Positions 11,767 to 24,519 of a DNA stretch of 64,000 nucleotides are shown here, one piece after another. Position 1 is the first letter of the stretch; every line of letters begins with the position of its first letter. The notes beneath the pieces are model-generated. The model did not search any database and was not told the DNA's origin. It worked only from the letters and a program-made list of their open reading frames with translations. Source of the DNA: Amphiscolops sp. MND2022. Taxonomy: Eukaryota. Location of the stretch: the NCBI GenBank assembly GCA_964187785.1, contig OZ076413.1, forward strand, positions 51,028,001 through 51,092,000, given 5' to 3'. The position numbers and the translations under genes are program-made.

Positions 11767-14700
11767 TTCATTTTCATTCATTTTGTTGTTATCATTAAAA
11801 TTTTTAGATTCAATTAGCTAAAAACGTCCTTCGGATCTGCTCAAAAAATTTTTCAGGGCTTTGGAATAGCTATCGTTTTGTGGGGTTTCATTACACAGGG
11901 TTCACTATGGACAGGAGAATGGAATCAACCTTTTCATTTAATTTGAAAGTTTCACTTTTAGTTTTTTTGAACGCTTGTGATGGATGTTGTGTTTCGTAAT
12001 TCTTCGAATTTAAGATTCGAAGGTTCCTGAATTTTGTTCAAATTGTAGTGGATTTCAAAGCCAAAAGCTCACTTAAAAATGATGACTGTTATTTTGGGTC
12101 TTCTGGTTCCAATGTTTCGATGAAACAAGTTTTAAATTCAGTTGCTGCTGGTCTATAGATGATTATGCGAATGGGTCAGCGGGAACGGGCGCATTAGGCA
12201 GACAAACCATCAAACCGACAATAAAGTTTTGAGTCGAAAAGCCAACGCGAGTTATCTGATTTGTTTAGAAAAGCTCATTCAAACCCTCTTGTTCCAATAC
12301 TGAGCATCAATACATTAAAATAACCCTTCTTATCGGCTTAATGGATTGTCGTGTCGGTTGTCTGTCGACTTGACGCATCACCTCCGGGTCAGAAATTCAT
12401 TCACAGGTGCTCCTTATAAAGTTCTTGATCTTGCTCTGTATCTTCCAGTTTGACGTTGTTTATCGAAAGTCACTCCAATTTATAACACTTTTTATTGTTT
12501 CATAGGAATTTATAATTTACATTCACAATCCCAAAAGACTTATTTATTGAGCCACAGACTCGGTGTATCTATCCGACATTTATAACAAATTGCTTTGCAA
12601 GGGGGCATATTCAGACATAAAATTGACTTGACCGAAGAAAAATGAGAATAATATGATAAAAAAATCTTTCGAAAATACACAAAATATTCGTTTTGATATA
12701 ATTGAAGCTTATATTGTTTCCATTGAATAAGTATACTTATTTATTGGAAACAATATGGTACAAGGCCAACCTACTTATATGACAAACTTTCTAGAATTGT
12801 ACATCATTTCCATTTTAACCAACATATTTTCTCCTCAATCGTCCGGTTTATTCCTCAGAGGAAGAAAAAGTTTAATCCACAGCGAGTTTTGTTTGAATTT
12901 GGTATATTGCAAAAAGATTATTATCCAATATTTCCTGTGCTGTCCAATTTTTCTGATTTATCCAATATTCCCTGTGCTGCTAACATATGGGCTTGCATGA
13001 ATGAATACTCCATGTTACTTCTATGAATACAAAAGTGATGTTCCAGTTTGACCAATCCATCTGAAGTGAAAAATGCAGGAATTGTTTGCTATATGGGAAT
13101 TTATCAAAAATTATTTCGATCGCGATTTTTCAAAATGTGGAACTTTAGAATTTTCCAATACTTACTTGTTGAAAAACTTTGAACTTTGTTTCAAGACTTA
13201 TAAGTTCTTATAAGACTTATAATATATTCAAAAGGAGCAATTCAACAAACAATCCATGCAAGCATGAAAACTTATGGCCCGTCATCTCGGGGTATCCCAA
13301 ATCTTTATTAGCCTCGAAATTGTTAATCGCTTCCATAGGAAAAAGTAGGCAAAATAAATTACGGCCATTTTTGTCATTCACACACAACATTGATAGTTCG
13401 GCGAAAAAACTGTGCACCAAAAAGCTGTCATCAAAGCTGAGGATGAAAATGACCAACTTTGTCCGGTATTTTCCACCGGAGTCGAAACAAGTCAACGTTC
13501 TATGACATCACAATTTGAATAATTCAAGCCTTGCTCAATTGAAATGCTTTTTTAACTTGATATTTTTCACAAAAGTCATTTGGCTGAAAAAGGGTGACAT
13601 TTTAGAAAGCGTATTTTTTCGCCATTATGAATTGGATCGAAGCTGCAAAGCAAAGTAAGGCAATTAGCGTTGCACTTGTCATTTCAAAAATTCCCCTAAT
13701 TGGGAATGTATACTCTAGTTATTATTTGCCCAATTTTCAAATTCAAGTTTTTCCTGTGAGTTGCCAATCAGAATACTTCCAGGCACTTTGCTCGAATTTT
13801 GAGATCGGGAAATTTCAGTTAAGCATTTCGGTATTTCAGTATTTCAAAACAATTGTTGTCTTCTTCACATCACATTTCATCGAAATAATTGATGCTTAGC
13901 GTGGATGAAACCGTAATAGTTATTATAACCGTATTATAATGAAACCGCATCCACGCTATAGTTAGATTTTGAAAAGACAGTATTTTGTTTTTGCTTCCAA
14001 AACAATCGAAATTTTTGCAAAAAGTGGCGACAGGTTGGGAGAAAACCCATCTCATGTTTCATTTTTGGAAGTGTTTCGAAAATATTGCATGACAAAAAAA
14101 CGATGGAAATCATAAAATCTTGCCAGCAAAAATGAGAAGTCCTAAGTTCATGATTCAATTGATTGAACCATGTTCCATCATTCGAAGCAAGTTTTTCAAA
14201 TCGTTCTCATTTTTTTCAAGCAGAGTAGCCGATTTGTTACTTGGTGTGGAAATTTTGATTCAAATAGCATCCGCAGAGTGAACTTTTTATTAGATTAGAG
14301 CGTGAAATGAAAACGTTCGCAGTTGCGGAAATCTGGGAGGCATTTTGTGTTTTGAATGCAAAGAAAGGGAGTTTGAAAGTCAGCGTTAATTCAGTCTGCA
14401 ATTTTCTTTTGGCGATGAAGAAATCTATTGAATCATCAATACAGCCAGAGAGTTGAATGCAAAAATTTAAGGAAACGCCTTCTCCAGCTAAAATAGTTAA
14501 CTTTTATAGCGCATCAGCATAACTCATTTTAATCAGGATTTTTTCTCACCTAGCTCTTTGTTTTTTGAAAGGAAATTTAGACATTTCGGGTAGTTTACAG
14601 AGTGAAATATATTTAGGTACAAGCTCTGTAAAATCAACTAAAAGTTTTAGCCCTTTTTACATAAATGACCTCACGATGTTTACCGACTCTGCTGTCATAA

Positions 14701-15490
14701 AACTTTCATTGTTTCCAATGACATTTGCTAGGATAAAAATCTTAAAATCTTAAAAAACTTTTTAGAATCTTAGAGCCTCCCCTGAATTTCTTTTTTTTTC
14801 AAACCGGTGCTATCGCGTTTTGCTGCCATTTGTTTTCATAAGGACGAAAATCTCATAAACATCACATTTCCGAGGCGCCACCAATTTGCTGAAGATAAAA
14901 GCAAGTCTTCTGCAAACGGTGACTGCCGACTGCCTTTCTTGACATTGCCAAATTGGATTAAGCCCTTTTCAAAATAACAAATTTGTTTCCGGAGACGAGC
15001 AGGTATAAAAAGAAGCTAATCGGTCAGGTTGTCCCTACCTTATCTTCTCATTCCAGACTGATCTGAAAAGGAAATGTTTCGTTGGACCACGATGAAGTTG
15101 AGAAACTCAGAAAGAATGTTGATTTTTTGAGAAAGGAGGTTGCTATTTTCGTTTGAATGCGTTGAGACAGTTACCTATCTCGAACTCTCAGTGGCTAATT
15201 TGCAATTGATTTTATTTTTTATGTCTGCATCATGATCATGAACAAAAAGCATCGCACCACAAAATTGTAAGGTCGTCACTTTTCTAATATATATAGTTTT
15301 TCAAATCTTGGTCTGTCTGACTATCAGACGGAAAAATGGTAAATTTTGCGTACGTTTAGAAAAGTGAAAATCTGAAACAACCCATGTAAAAAATGGAAAC
15401 AGCATGGAGCCGGAGTTGTTCATATGGAATCGCATGGTTCCTGATGAAATTGTGTCGAACCACATGATTCAATGTAAGGAGCATATTAAA

Positions 15491-16310
15491 ACAAGCCGGG
15501 ACCGACCCAAGTTGGCGCCATATCTTAGGCTCAAAAATAGCAAAAGGACTTCAAAGTGTCAAAGTATTCTCTTTTACAGCACCCGAAATTTTTTTTGAAA
15601 AGTCTCACAATGCCGAAAAAACTTAAAGGGGGACCCTTTGAAATTTTTCAACATTGAATCTGTAGCAAAAATTGAAGGGGGGGGGACTTTGGGGATTTTT
15701 TTGTCCGAAAAAGTCTCGCAATGCCGAAAAAAAACTGAAAGGGGACCCTTTGGTCTCGTCTGGTATTGTATGTTACGCGGGAAAGTTTTGGTAAAGTTGC
15801 CTGGTCCAACGGGGGCAATTTAAAATTTTGTAGAAATTTGGCAGAACTATTTTGGTCACTTCAAGTGTATCGAAAAACAAGAGCAGTCAATGAACAATCA
15901 TAGCAGTCAAAAAAGTAATCAGTCACAATCAACAACAATGAAAACTCAACCGATTTTACCTGACAGGCTTCGGGCAGAAAAACAAAGAACGTACCTGAAA
16001 AAAAAGAATTGGAAGCGGAAGAAATGTCAAACATTGAAGAGGGAGCCTTTGTTGAAACAAAAAAATGGAAAAAAGTCGCATAGTGCCGAAAAAAAGTGGG
16101 GCTAAGTGGGGATCCTTAGTGTGTTTTCGAGGTTCTGGACTTGTTTGTTTTTTTCTTTTCGTGTTGGACGCGCTTCTGAGGTTCGAGTGTTTTGAACCTC
16201 CATAGTTCAAGTTGTTGAACAAAAGAACACAAAAGTGGACCTTACGCGAGTAAAAAAACTACCCACTGTAAGAGTCGGGCACATTTTCTACTAAAATGCA
16301 CCGACTAAAA
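15491..16310 (-). mobile_element. Helentron-like element, family B
   Basis: On the minus strand it starts TTTAGTCGGTGC and ends GGCGCCAACTTGGGTCGGTCCCGGCTTGT, with internal repeats of AAAAGTCTCACAATGCCGAAAAA..GGGGACCCTTT. Confidence 0.7.
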
Positions 16311-16559
16311 AAGGCGCAAAATTATGAGGGCTTGATTTTTTACAGGAAATTTTTATAAAAACATATTCAAAGTAGTATAATTATCTTTCAGAGTAGTAAA
16401 AATTATTGCCACATTGGGCAGAATTGAGACCAAGGGAGCTCGTTGGCTTGAAAGACTTTTTTGTAACTGAAAACATGAAAAAAATGGGCGAAAACTTTGG
16501 TGGAGTTGAGAAACCGGATACAATCGCAGTGCTGTAAAAAAGGGGAAAAGTTGTGATAA

Positions 16560-16930
16560 CCCTAACCGAGTCTGCTGGATTTCTTTACATGCTGCATACC
16601 TGCATGAAGGTAAAAATTTATAAAAACAAAAAAATCAACGAGCTTCCAGCGGTAAAGCTTGAATTACACTGAATTTTCTACTATTCAAATATATCCCTCT
16701 TCGTTACCGACACGATCAAGTTGTTTTCACGCTGTCTACACTCAACTACACATATAATATAATCACCGCTTCTCAAATAGCACGGTCAATATGACGATAG
16801 TTTTTTTTTACATTGTGAAATAAAACTTGTGGCAAATTCGCATTAATTAACATGGCGGTGAGAATGATAACGCGTATAATATGCATTGAAAAGTAAAATT
16901 GCTTCTTAATGAAAACTGCAAAACTCCCAG
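16560..16930 (-). repeat. Dispersed repeat family C (ends ...TAGGG)
   Basis: The reverse complement contains CGTGCTATTTGAGAAGCGGTGAT..TGATCGTGTC..CCAGCAGACTCGGTTAGGG, matching the copies at ~23.0, 39.2 and 59.2 kb. Confidence 0.7.
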
Positions 16931-18473
16931 GACTAAATTTGCCGCCTTTCAAGCAGATTGATTGATAGAAGTTTCATAGAGCATTGAGTATCTTTCGCTG
17001 GAACGTTAACGTTACTGTAAGGGTTTTAGAAAATCAAAACAAAAGATATTGGTTGGCAATTATAATGAAGAGGCATAAATTAAAGCAATCTCAACATTTG
17101 AACAAAAAACTTTCACAAGAAAAACATTCAAAAATTAGAGGATCATTTTGAAGAATGAAAACGAACTCGAAATGTTGCACAAGATCGAGAATATCCCATA
17201 AGAGAAAGAGGTCGTTCCGTACATCACATCATGTATCTATCTAATAATCGCGAGTGGCGTTCACTTTTGGCACTGTTTCTTTACACTACGGTTCTCGGAC
17301 GTAAAGTGCCCAGTTATGTAGAACAATTTCGAACAAATTGAGTGTATTGAAATAATGTCTTCTTGCTACTACTGTTATATTTCGTAGGACGACTGAAACT
17401 GAGTGTTTTATTTGCAGATCACTTGGTTAGGCCTTTGGATAAAAATCCGAGTTACAAACATTGCACACTCTTTACTGTTATATAAACTGGGACAAAAAAA
17501 CGTTTTATGTTCGTATTCACTGAAAGTTAATATCTCAATTTGGTTGGATTCGAAACCTTGCTTCGTTTTTCAAGAAGATTCGGATACAACGTCACTGTTC
17601 TGGATGCCATTTTATTCGTTATATACGCTGAATTAAAATACTTTTAGGTATTCAGCGGCAGTTCAAATTGTAAAGCTATAAAAGTTTGAGTCGTTGAGAG
17701 TAGGTACTGGAGCAAGAGAAGTATACGTCCAAATAAGTTATTGTTACATTGAATAGTTTTTTCTCTTGGAAAACATTGATTTGGTAAGTTTAGTTTTTCG
17801 TTGCTCAAAACACGTTCTGGATGTGCAGCCAATGAAGGAGGGTCTCAAAGTTTCTCCTTTTCCAGGTACGTTCACGGATTTAAAAGACTTTCGCCTTTAT
17901 ATCTTTTCATAAACGATATCTATGTCAGAAGAACTAAGCTCTCGGGAGGCGTGGTAACGAGACCCCCATTAACAATTGAAATCTTTTTGTTATGGCGAGA
18001 CTGTCTAAAGTGCAAATACACATCGAAAAGTTTGCTCATGCTGAAGGGTCTATTACAACCATATTCAATTGTGATATAAATGTCTTTTTCAAGGATAACA
18101 ATATGCAAACTATCCAGAGAAAGTGAAATTCGAGAAATTGGTTGCCGACATAGCACACAGTGCGCTGAAGTAAATAAGGAAAACTGCCACAGAGAAGCGT
18201 AATCAGACTTAATTATCCCTCTGAAACCGGCAACACAAGAGTTTGTGATTGATTGATTTTCTTGATGAAAATGTGATTGGCAATGAAAAACTAGTGATCT
18301 ATTTACTCCTAGTGATCATTGTACTCCTAAGTAACGTATATTGGATAAAACGATACTTTCAATAGTTTTATGCATCAGAAAGGAACCGAAAAATTTTGTT
18401 TTTGGAGTATAAACATTACTCCATATTTGACGATACTTTTCCGTTCAATTGAAGCAATTCTTTCTTGTCAAAG

Positions 18474-19080
18474 TCATAGCTTGGTTAAATTCGGCTCACT
18501 GAACCAATCAGCCTCTACATATGTGATAGATTTTATTTTCAGAGAACCGATAACAGCTGTAGTTGGTTTTACTTTTGCAAAAGTGGGTAAGTTTCCATGC
18601 CTGAATTTCCAAAAGTATAAAACCGATTTGTACTGAAGGAAATATCGTATTGGTAAGATTTTATGGTAGATCTTCAGGTCTGAGGAGTGATCGAATTTGT
18701 TTCTGTTGAAGCAAGCTTTTACCGCCCAACTCAATTGTTTTTCAAGAGTTGTAAGTAAGTTCTCAGTTATTCCATTCAATAGTACCGATGAATAATGTAG
18801 ATGACTGATTACCAAAGCATTGAGTAGTAGAAAACGAGTTTTCTCCTGGAATAAATCGCGTACCGAGTATTTTGTTTTAATACCACAAGCCATTTTCATC
18901 AATAAGTATTTGACCTCATCTTGATAGGTCAGGTTTTGATCCAAAAATACTTCCAGATATTTCACGTGATTTGAAGGTGAAATGGTCTTACCATCAACTT
19001 GAATTTCCATGTCTCTCACAATGTTGTTTTTCGATATTTTGCAAAAAGTAATGAATTCAGTTTTATCCGCATTGCAAATT
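18474..19080 (-). mobile_element. CR1/L2-group LINE ORF2 fragment (post-RT region)
   Basis: NADKTEFITF..VKYLEVFLDQNLTY..LLLNALVISHLHYSS resembles the KYLG..D..L and L...LV.S.L.Y motifs that follow the RT core in CR1/L2 LINEs. Confidence 0.75.
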
Positions 19081-19185
19081 CAGTTTTATCCGCATTGGTG
19101 CAAATGGTTTGGTGCAAAAAAGCTACTTTTTAATAAAGACAAGGGTGAATCAATAGCTTTCGGAAGATGGCTTGCTAGTGAACGT

Positions 19186-19385
19186 NNNNNNNNNNNNNNN
19201 NNNNNNNNNNNNNNNNNNNNNNNNNNNNNNNNNNNNNNNNNNNNNNNNNNNNNNNNNNNNNNNNNNNNNNNNNNNNNNNNNNNNNNNNNNNNNNNNNNNN
19301 NNNNNNNNNNNNNNNNNNNNNNNNNNNNNNNNNNNNNNNNNNNNNNNNNNNNNNNNNNNNNNNNNNNNNNNNNNNNNNNNNNNNN
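19186..19385. other. Assembly gap (200 N)
   Basis: Run of n. Confidence 1.
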
Positions 19386-19819
19386 AAATGATGGATCTTG
19401 GGACAAATATCTAGCCTCCGCACTATATAGCTTTGATGATAAATTGACTTTTGTTGATGCGTTTAAGTTCGTGTAAATGAGTACATGTGTCTCGATATTG
19501 ATAAAGGAAGCTCAAGGACAAGGATGCTTCATTGTCTCGCAAAAAGAGTTTGAAACTTCCGATCATGAATTATCTTTACGGCTTCCGTGGGAAGTTTCAT
19601 TATCTTGTGGTGAAGTTATCTGTCATTAGTAAAGTTTGCTATTATCAAACAAAGACGCCAAGACTGAAATTAGAAACAGGGTTGAGTCTTAGGTTTTTTT
19701 TTGCTTCAAAGAATGAGAAAAACCAAGGCCAGAATGATTGCAAATTGGCCGCTTTTCGTGTTGACACTAAACATAAAAAAGTCGTATGCGGAGGCTGTTG
19801 CTCAATTCAATAAACCCTC

Positions 19820-20760
19820 GAACGTTTATCCGAATGGTTTGGTGCAAACAAGCTAATTTTTAATAAAGACAAGTGTGAATCAATAGCTTTCGGAAGATGG
19901 CATTCTAGTGAACGTCTTGGAACAAAACTTCGAGTGCATATAGTCAAGTGTCTAGTTTGACCGATACGTCAGCTTTGGAGATCAAATCGAGTATGTAGTG
20001 AAGACATTCAAGTTCTGTGGTCATTTAGACAAAGTACGGTAGATTTACACACAGAATTGTTCACTGAATTTTTTATAACTATTTTCCGCAGTCTGTCATT
20101 GACCAGCAGCGATATTCAACTTCAAAAATTGAAACTTTTGAATTGGGGATTGAAAACGTAATCGTTTTCAAAAAACTTTTTTTGCTCACAAAACACTTTA
20201 GAAAGTAACAAAGTTCCAACACGTTTGAATACTTCGTGGAGGAGAACGTTAATGAGCTTTTTCGATAACTTGGGCAAGCTGGTCAGTTTCAAAAATCGAC
20301 CTTGACCTGTTTTCTCATTTCGTTTGCTGTTTAAGGTGCACAAAAAGGCCTTTTCGTTACTGTGTATAGTAGAACATCTATCCCATGAAAACCGTTGGGT
20401 TTTTTCTGAAAACTATTTTATCTGGCTGATAGAATCTGCTTTGTTGCCCAGCAACTTGAAAGAACCCAGTTGCAAATTATGAGTTGATATTCAATTATGT
20501 TAGGCATTGCAGCTTTACATAGCTGATAAGAGGCACTTGTTTTCGCTCTCTTTCTTAAAATAAAATTGTTAATGTACTGTTTCAAGTTTTAGTCTGCAGT
20601 TCAATTTAGAATTTTGAGTGATAAATCCTATCTATTGGTCTCTTGTATTTAATTGATCCCTAATTGGTTCTCTCGGGCAGGGACTCGACGGTTTTAATAA
20701 CTCTTTTCCTGGCCCGATTAGATTGTTCCTTGCGTTTATTTATATAAAAATAAAATGTTG
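19820..20760 (+). mobile_element. Highly degenerate CR1/L2-group LINE 3' fragment
   Basis: LSEWFGANKLIFNKDKCESIAFG matches the W...N.L..N..K..I.F motif after RT, and there is an A-rich end with AATAAA near 20750. Extent is approximate. Confidence 0.5.
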
Positions 20761-22869
20761 TCCGTCTTTCCAATCAAGGTAACGCTTCTGTTCGGAAAGA
20801 TACAAAAGTGACCTTGATTGGGTTTTCCTCCATCGTTTTCCTGGAAAGAGAATGAATAGCAGGTCCAAACTTCGAATATTGCGCATTGCTTTCCGTTTCA
20901 ATTGGTTTTTATTAGGAAATATTCATAGTTTAGGCTTCCTGTTGGATTCAAAGTCATGTGATTAAACTTGCTTGTCAACTAATTCTAAGTTCGACCCGCA
21001 ATTTTCTGCTTCCAGACCTCGCTCGAACCCCTAGGCCAACTAGCGATTTTTTCCTCACTTCGGTGTGTGGTTTTATGCATAAATATCATTTCCACAGTTT
21101 TCTTACAATTGAAATGTAATGGTTGGAAGTAGAGCTAGTTTTCAAAAGTGGGTGACCATAGTTTTTCTAAAAGTTATCAGAGAGTTATTCTACAAAGAAG
21201 TGTGTTTCTCATAAGTCCTAAGATACGAAGCCTTTTACCCGCACAAATTTTAATTAGGGCTGAAACTCGATATTTCGTTTCATGGTTGTTTTGGTGGATT
21301 AATTGCAAAAATTATATAAAAATAGATTTAGCACGGAATCGAAATTGTTTTAATAAGCAAACAAGTTTCCCAAAGATCGTCGATTAGTGGTTTCATTCGG
21401 GATTGACAACATACCTGAGATTTTTTGATTTTTTAATTTTCATCCAATTGTAACGATTCGATTTTTAAAGTTTGAAACATACTCGACTGCCTCGGGATGA
21501 AGTTGCCTTGAGATTATTGAAGTGAACATTTTTCCGAAACTATTGAAATTAAGTATCTTCACAACTGCTTTTGAAAAGCAACCGTCAAGTTAATTTCACC
21601 AATAATTTCCACAGTGATGGTCACTTCAGAGAATGTTAAATTGATCACTTTTTGGTACTTCATTTTCCCCTTTCCCCGCTAATTGGTTGAATATTTTAGC
21701 CCTTTTTGTAATAAATTGACGTCAGTTGGCATTTTCATTCAAATCCAGATCGGAAACCAGCACTTCATTAATTTTCAAAATAAGTCGGTAACTGTTCAAG
21801 ACATATCCTCCATCTAATTGGCGATTGATACTTTGTAGAAAAAAATTCAATTACCACAATAATCTCAGAACTGATCGGATGGTTTCAATCGAAATAACCC
21901 GCCAAAAAATTGTCAAGAGATCAAAAGAAGCAAGAAATAAAATAATTTTTGCTAGGAATGTTTCTTTTAACCTAGCCAAAAAAAGTTACAAAGACGCTGC
22001 GATATTTGAGTGAAAATTATTCTAAAATGACTGGTCCAACCGAAACTTAATCTGGATTTTGTTAAGTACCTCCAAACATGCCTTGTTTCAACAGTAGTTT
22101 CATTTTCTTCGAGTGTTTGAATACTGAGATTCCGATTCAAACGAAATTGACATGAAAAATCACACGCATCATCAAGAACGCAAAATTCAATCGATATATC
22201 GATTGAATTTTGCGTTCTTGATGATGCGTTTTCCAATATAATATAATTATAATATCTAGGTTTCGGCAGCGCTACAAGCTCATTTGCTACAAGGGTTCAA
22301 TGATTTTGATTGAAGTTCAAAACCACAGTGAGCGCAAGTTTCTCGGTACCGTGAACCAACAACTGTTGGTCTAGCTATAGCGTATACGCTGGGATTCGGA
22401 GTACAGAAATCAGATCCATGATGTAGATCAGTTTGCACCCAAAATTTTTCATACAAAACATGTCACCAACATAAGTTTCTTAGACTTTCACATAGTTTAC
22501 AAAATGCTGAGAAGTTTTTAACGATCCATATACAGAAAGTTGCTAATTTCATTTGAGTTTTTCTGACTGGCTCGAAATCGAAAGTTTTGGAAAATTTGTT
22601 TGTTCGCGGATCTCCAAACCTATTGAATTGTCCTGATTGAGAACTTTTTTGAACCAGAAAAAACTCTATTTTGTGCAGATAAGCACTGCAATGCATGTGT
22701 TACAATAGGATCTACGAATTGTAATTAGAAATTTGATGATTTCTTATTTGAAATCGAAAAGGTTGTGTATAATCAAATTAAACAAGCAACTTCAAGTTTG
22801 GGTGAAAAATTTGATAAAAATAAAAGGAAACGTTTTGACATTTGAAGCATCCGAGATGTGAATGCAATT

Positions 22870-23252
22870 TGAGCTTGAAGTTTTGCAGGTTTCAATAACA
22901 AACACTTCTATTTTTCAATGCAACCAAGTTGTGATCAGTTTTACTGCCATTTTGATGCAAAATAATCAGTCATTTTATAAACTGCTGTTTAGCAGCAAAA
23001 TTAGCGTGCTATTTGAGAAGTGATTTGAGAGGTGATCACATCAGATGAGAAGTTGAGAAAACAAAAAGTGAATAAAATGTGATCGTGTCAAAAGTGGAAA
23101 CAACTTTCAATTTTATTCACACTTGTATATACTGCAGTGTAGTCCCTACAGTATTTACAACCGATATTTTCTGATTTTTCTACCTTTTTAAAAAAATTAA
23201 TCATGTATTTATGTCTGCAGTACGTGAAAGGTTCCAGCAGTCTCGACTAGGG
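22870..23252 (+). repeat. Dispersed repeat family C
   Basis: GAAGTTTTGCAGGTTTCA..AGCGTGCTATTTGAGAAG..GATCACATCAGATGA..CAGCAGTCTCGACTAGGG. Confidence 0.75.
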
Positions 23253-23656
23253 TTCAGGTTGTTTTGTTACCATTTTGTTCAAAAAGCAATTAAAACCGCA
23301 AGTTTAGTGGCGTGAAAGTATCAAGTGCCTTAAAATACAAAGAGTGAAAATAATGAATGATACATGTTGCGGAAATGCTGGTATTTGTTTCTCTCACAAT
23401 TTCTCGTACTATGAACTCTTTGAATTACTAACACTTTTTTTCACTTTGTCTACAAAAATAACAACATTGTTTAATTTTTTAGTCTTTTTTGTCGAAATCT
23501 TTTGCTAGATCTTTTTTTTGCTAGAAATTTGCTAGATTTTAGATTGATCTTTCGACCGCTGGGGATCATAAAAATAACTTTGAGCCCAAAAATTGTTTAA
23601 AGTGCTCATATGTTGATTTTTAGGTCCATTTTTTTTCAAACCAATTTCGATGGGTT

Positions 23657-24519
23657 CCCGGGTCGACCCTCCATGGATAGCTTAGTAAGATCTTGGCAAA
23701 ATCTTGCCAAGATCTTGGAAAAATCTTAGCTAAGATCTTGCCAAGATATTGCCAAGAACTGCAAGTTGTGATGGTAAGATCTTATCAAGAGAGCCATGTT
23801 CCCGAAAAGATATATTTAGGGAGGTACTGATTAAATTGTTCTGTAAATAGCAAAACCGTCGCCAATAACGGTGTCAGAAATGTCATCAGCTGAATAGTTA
23901 CCCAAAACGAGGCAAAGGCTTCCGTTTCCAGCAGTAATAGGACTACTGAAACAGGCTCAAAGAAAGCTGGAGATATGAATGTGACAAAATTTCCGGATTT
24001 CTAATAATTCCCTGTGTAACTTTCCGATAGTGGCTCTGGACATTTACGAGCATCTTTCTCCGTGTCTGGAATCGACAGGAGTGATACGTTACAAGTTTTC
24101 AAAAGTCCCTTAAATGAGCTTCTATTTGGTGCATTCGCATTTTTCAGTCTTGAGCAGGTGAGGAGTTATTAGGATTCTCCTCAGAATTTCAGAAGCCAGA
24201 ATACGTTATCGTAATTTTTTCTCACATTTTTGCATGCAAATGTATTTCAGTGGGTTGAAGCATTTTGATTATGAAAACGAGTAGAAATAGTCATTGTTGG
24301 GTGAAATTAGCTTTTAGATAGAGTCTCGGCTGCTTGTACTGAAGATATAAAGTTTTTTATAATCTTTGAATTTTGTCCATCGTGATAAGATACGATCTTG
24401 GAATAATGTAAGATCCTAATAAGAATTTTGCCATGGGTTCCATGGTTGCCAAGATGTAGTAAGAATTTGGCAAGAACTTGCCAAGACAGCCAAGATGCTA
24501 GTAAGAGGGTCAACCCGGG
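23657..24519. mobile_element. Non-autonomous EnSpm/CACTA-like element (copy 2)
   Basis: Same TIRs and interior as 6598-7682, with TT on both sides, and about 220 bp shorter. Confidence 0.8.

Noticed and set aside
19009..19476. ORFs containing X runs
   Set aside because: Artefacts of translating through the N gap.
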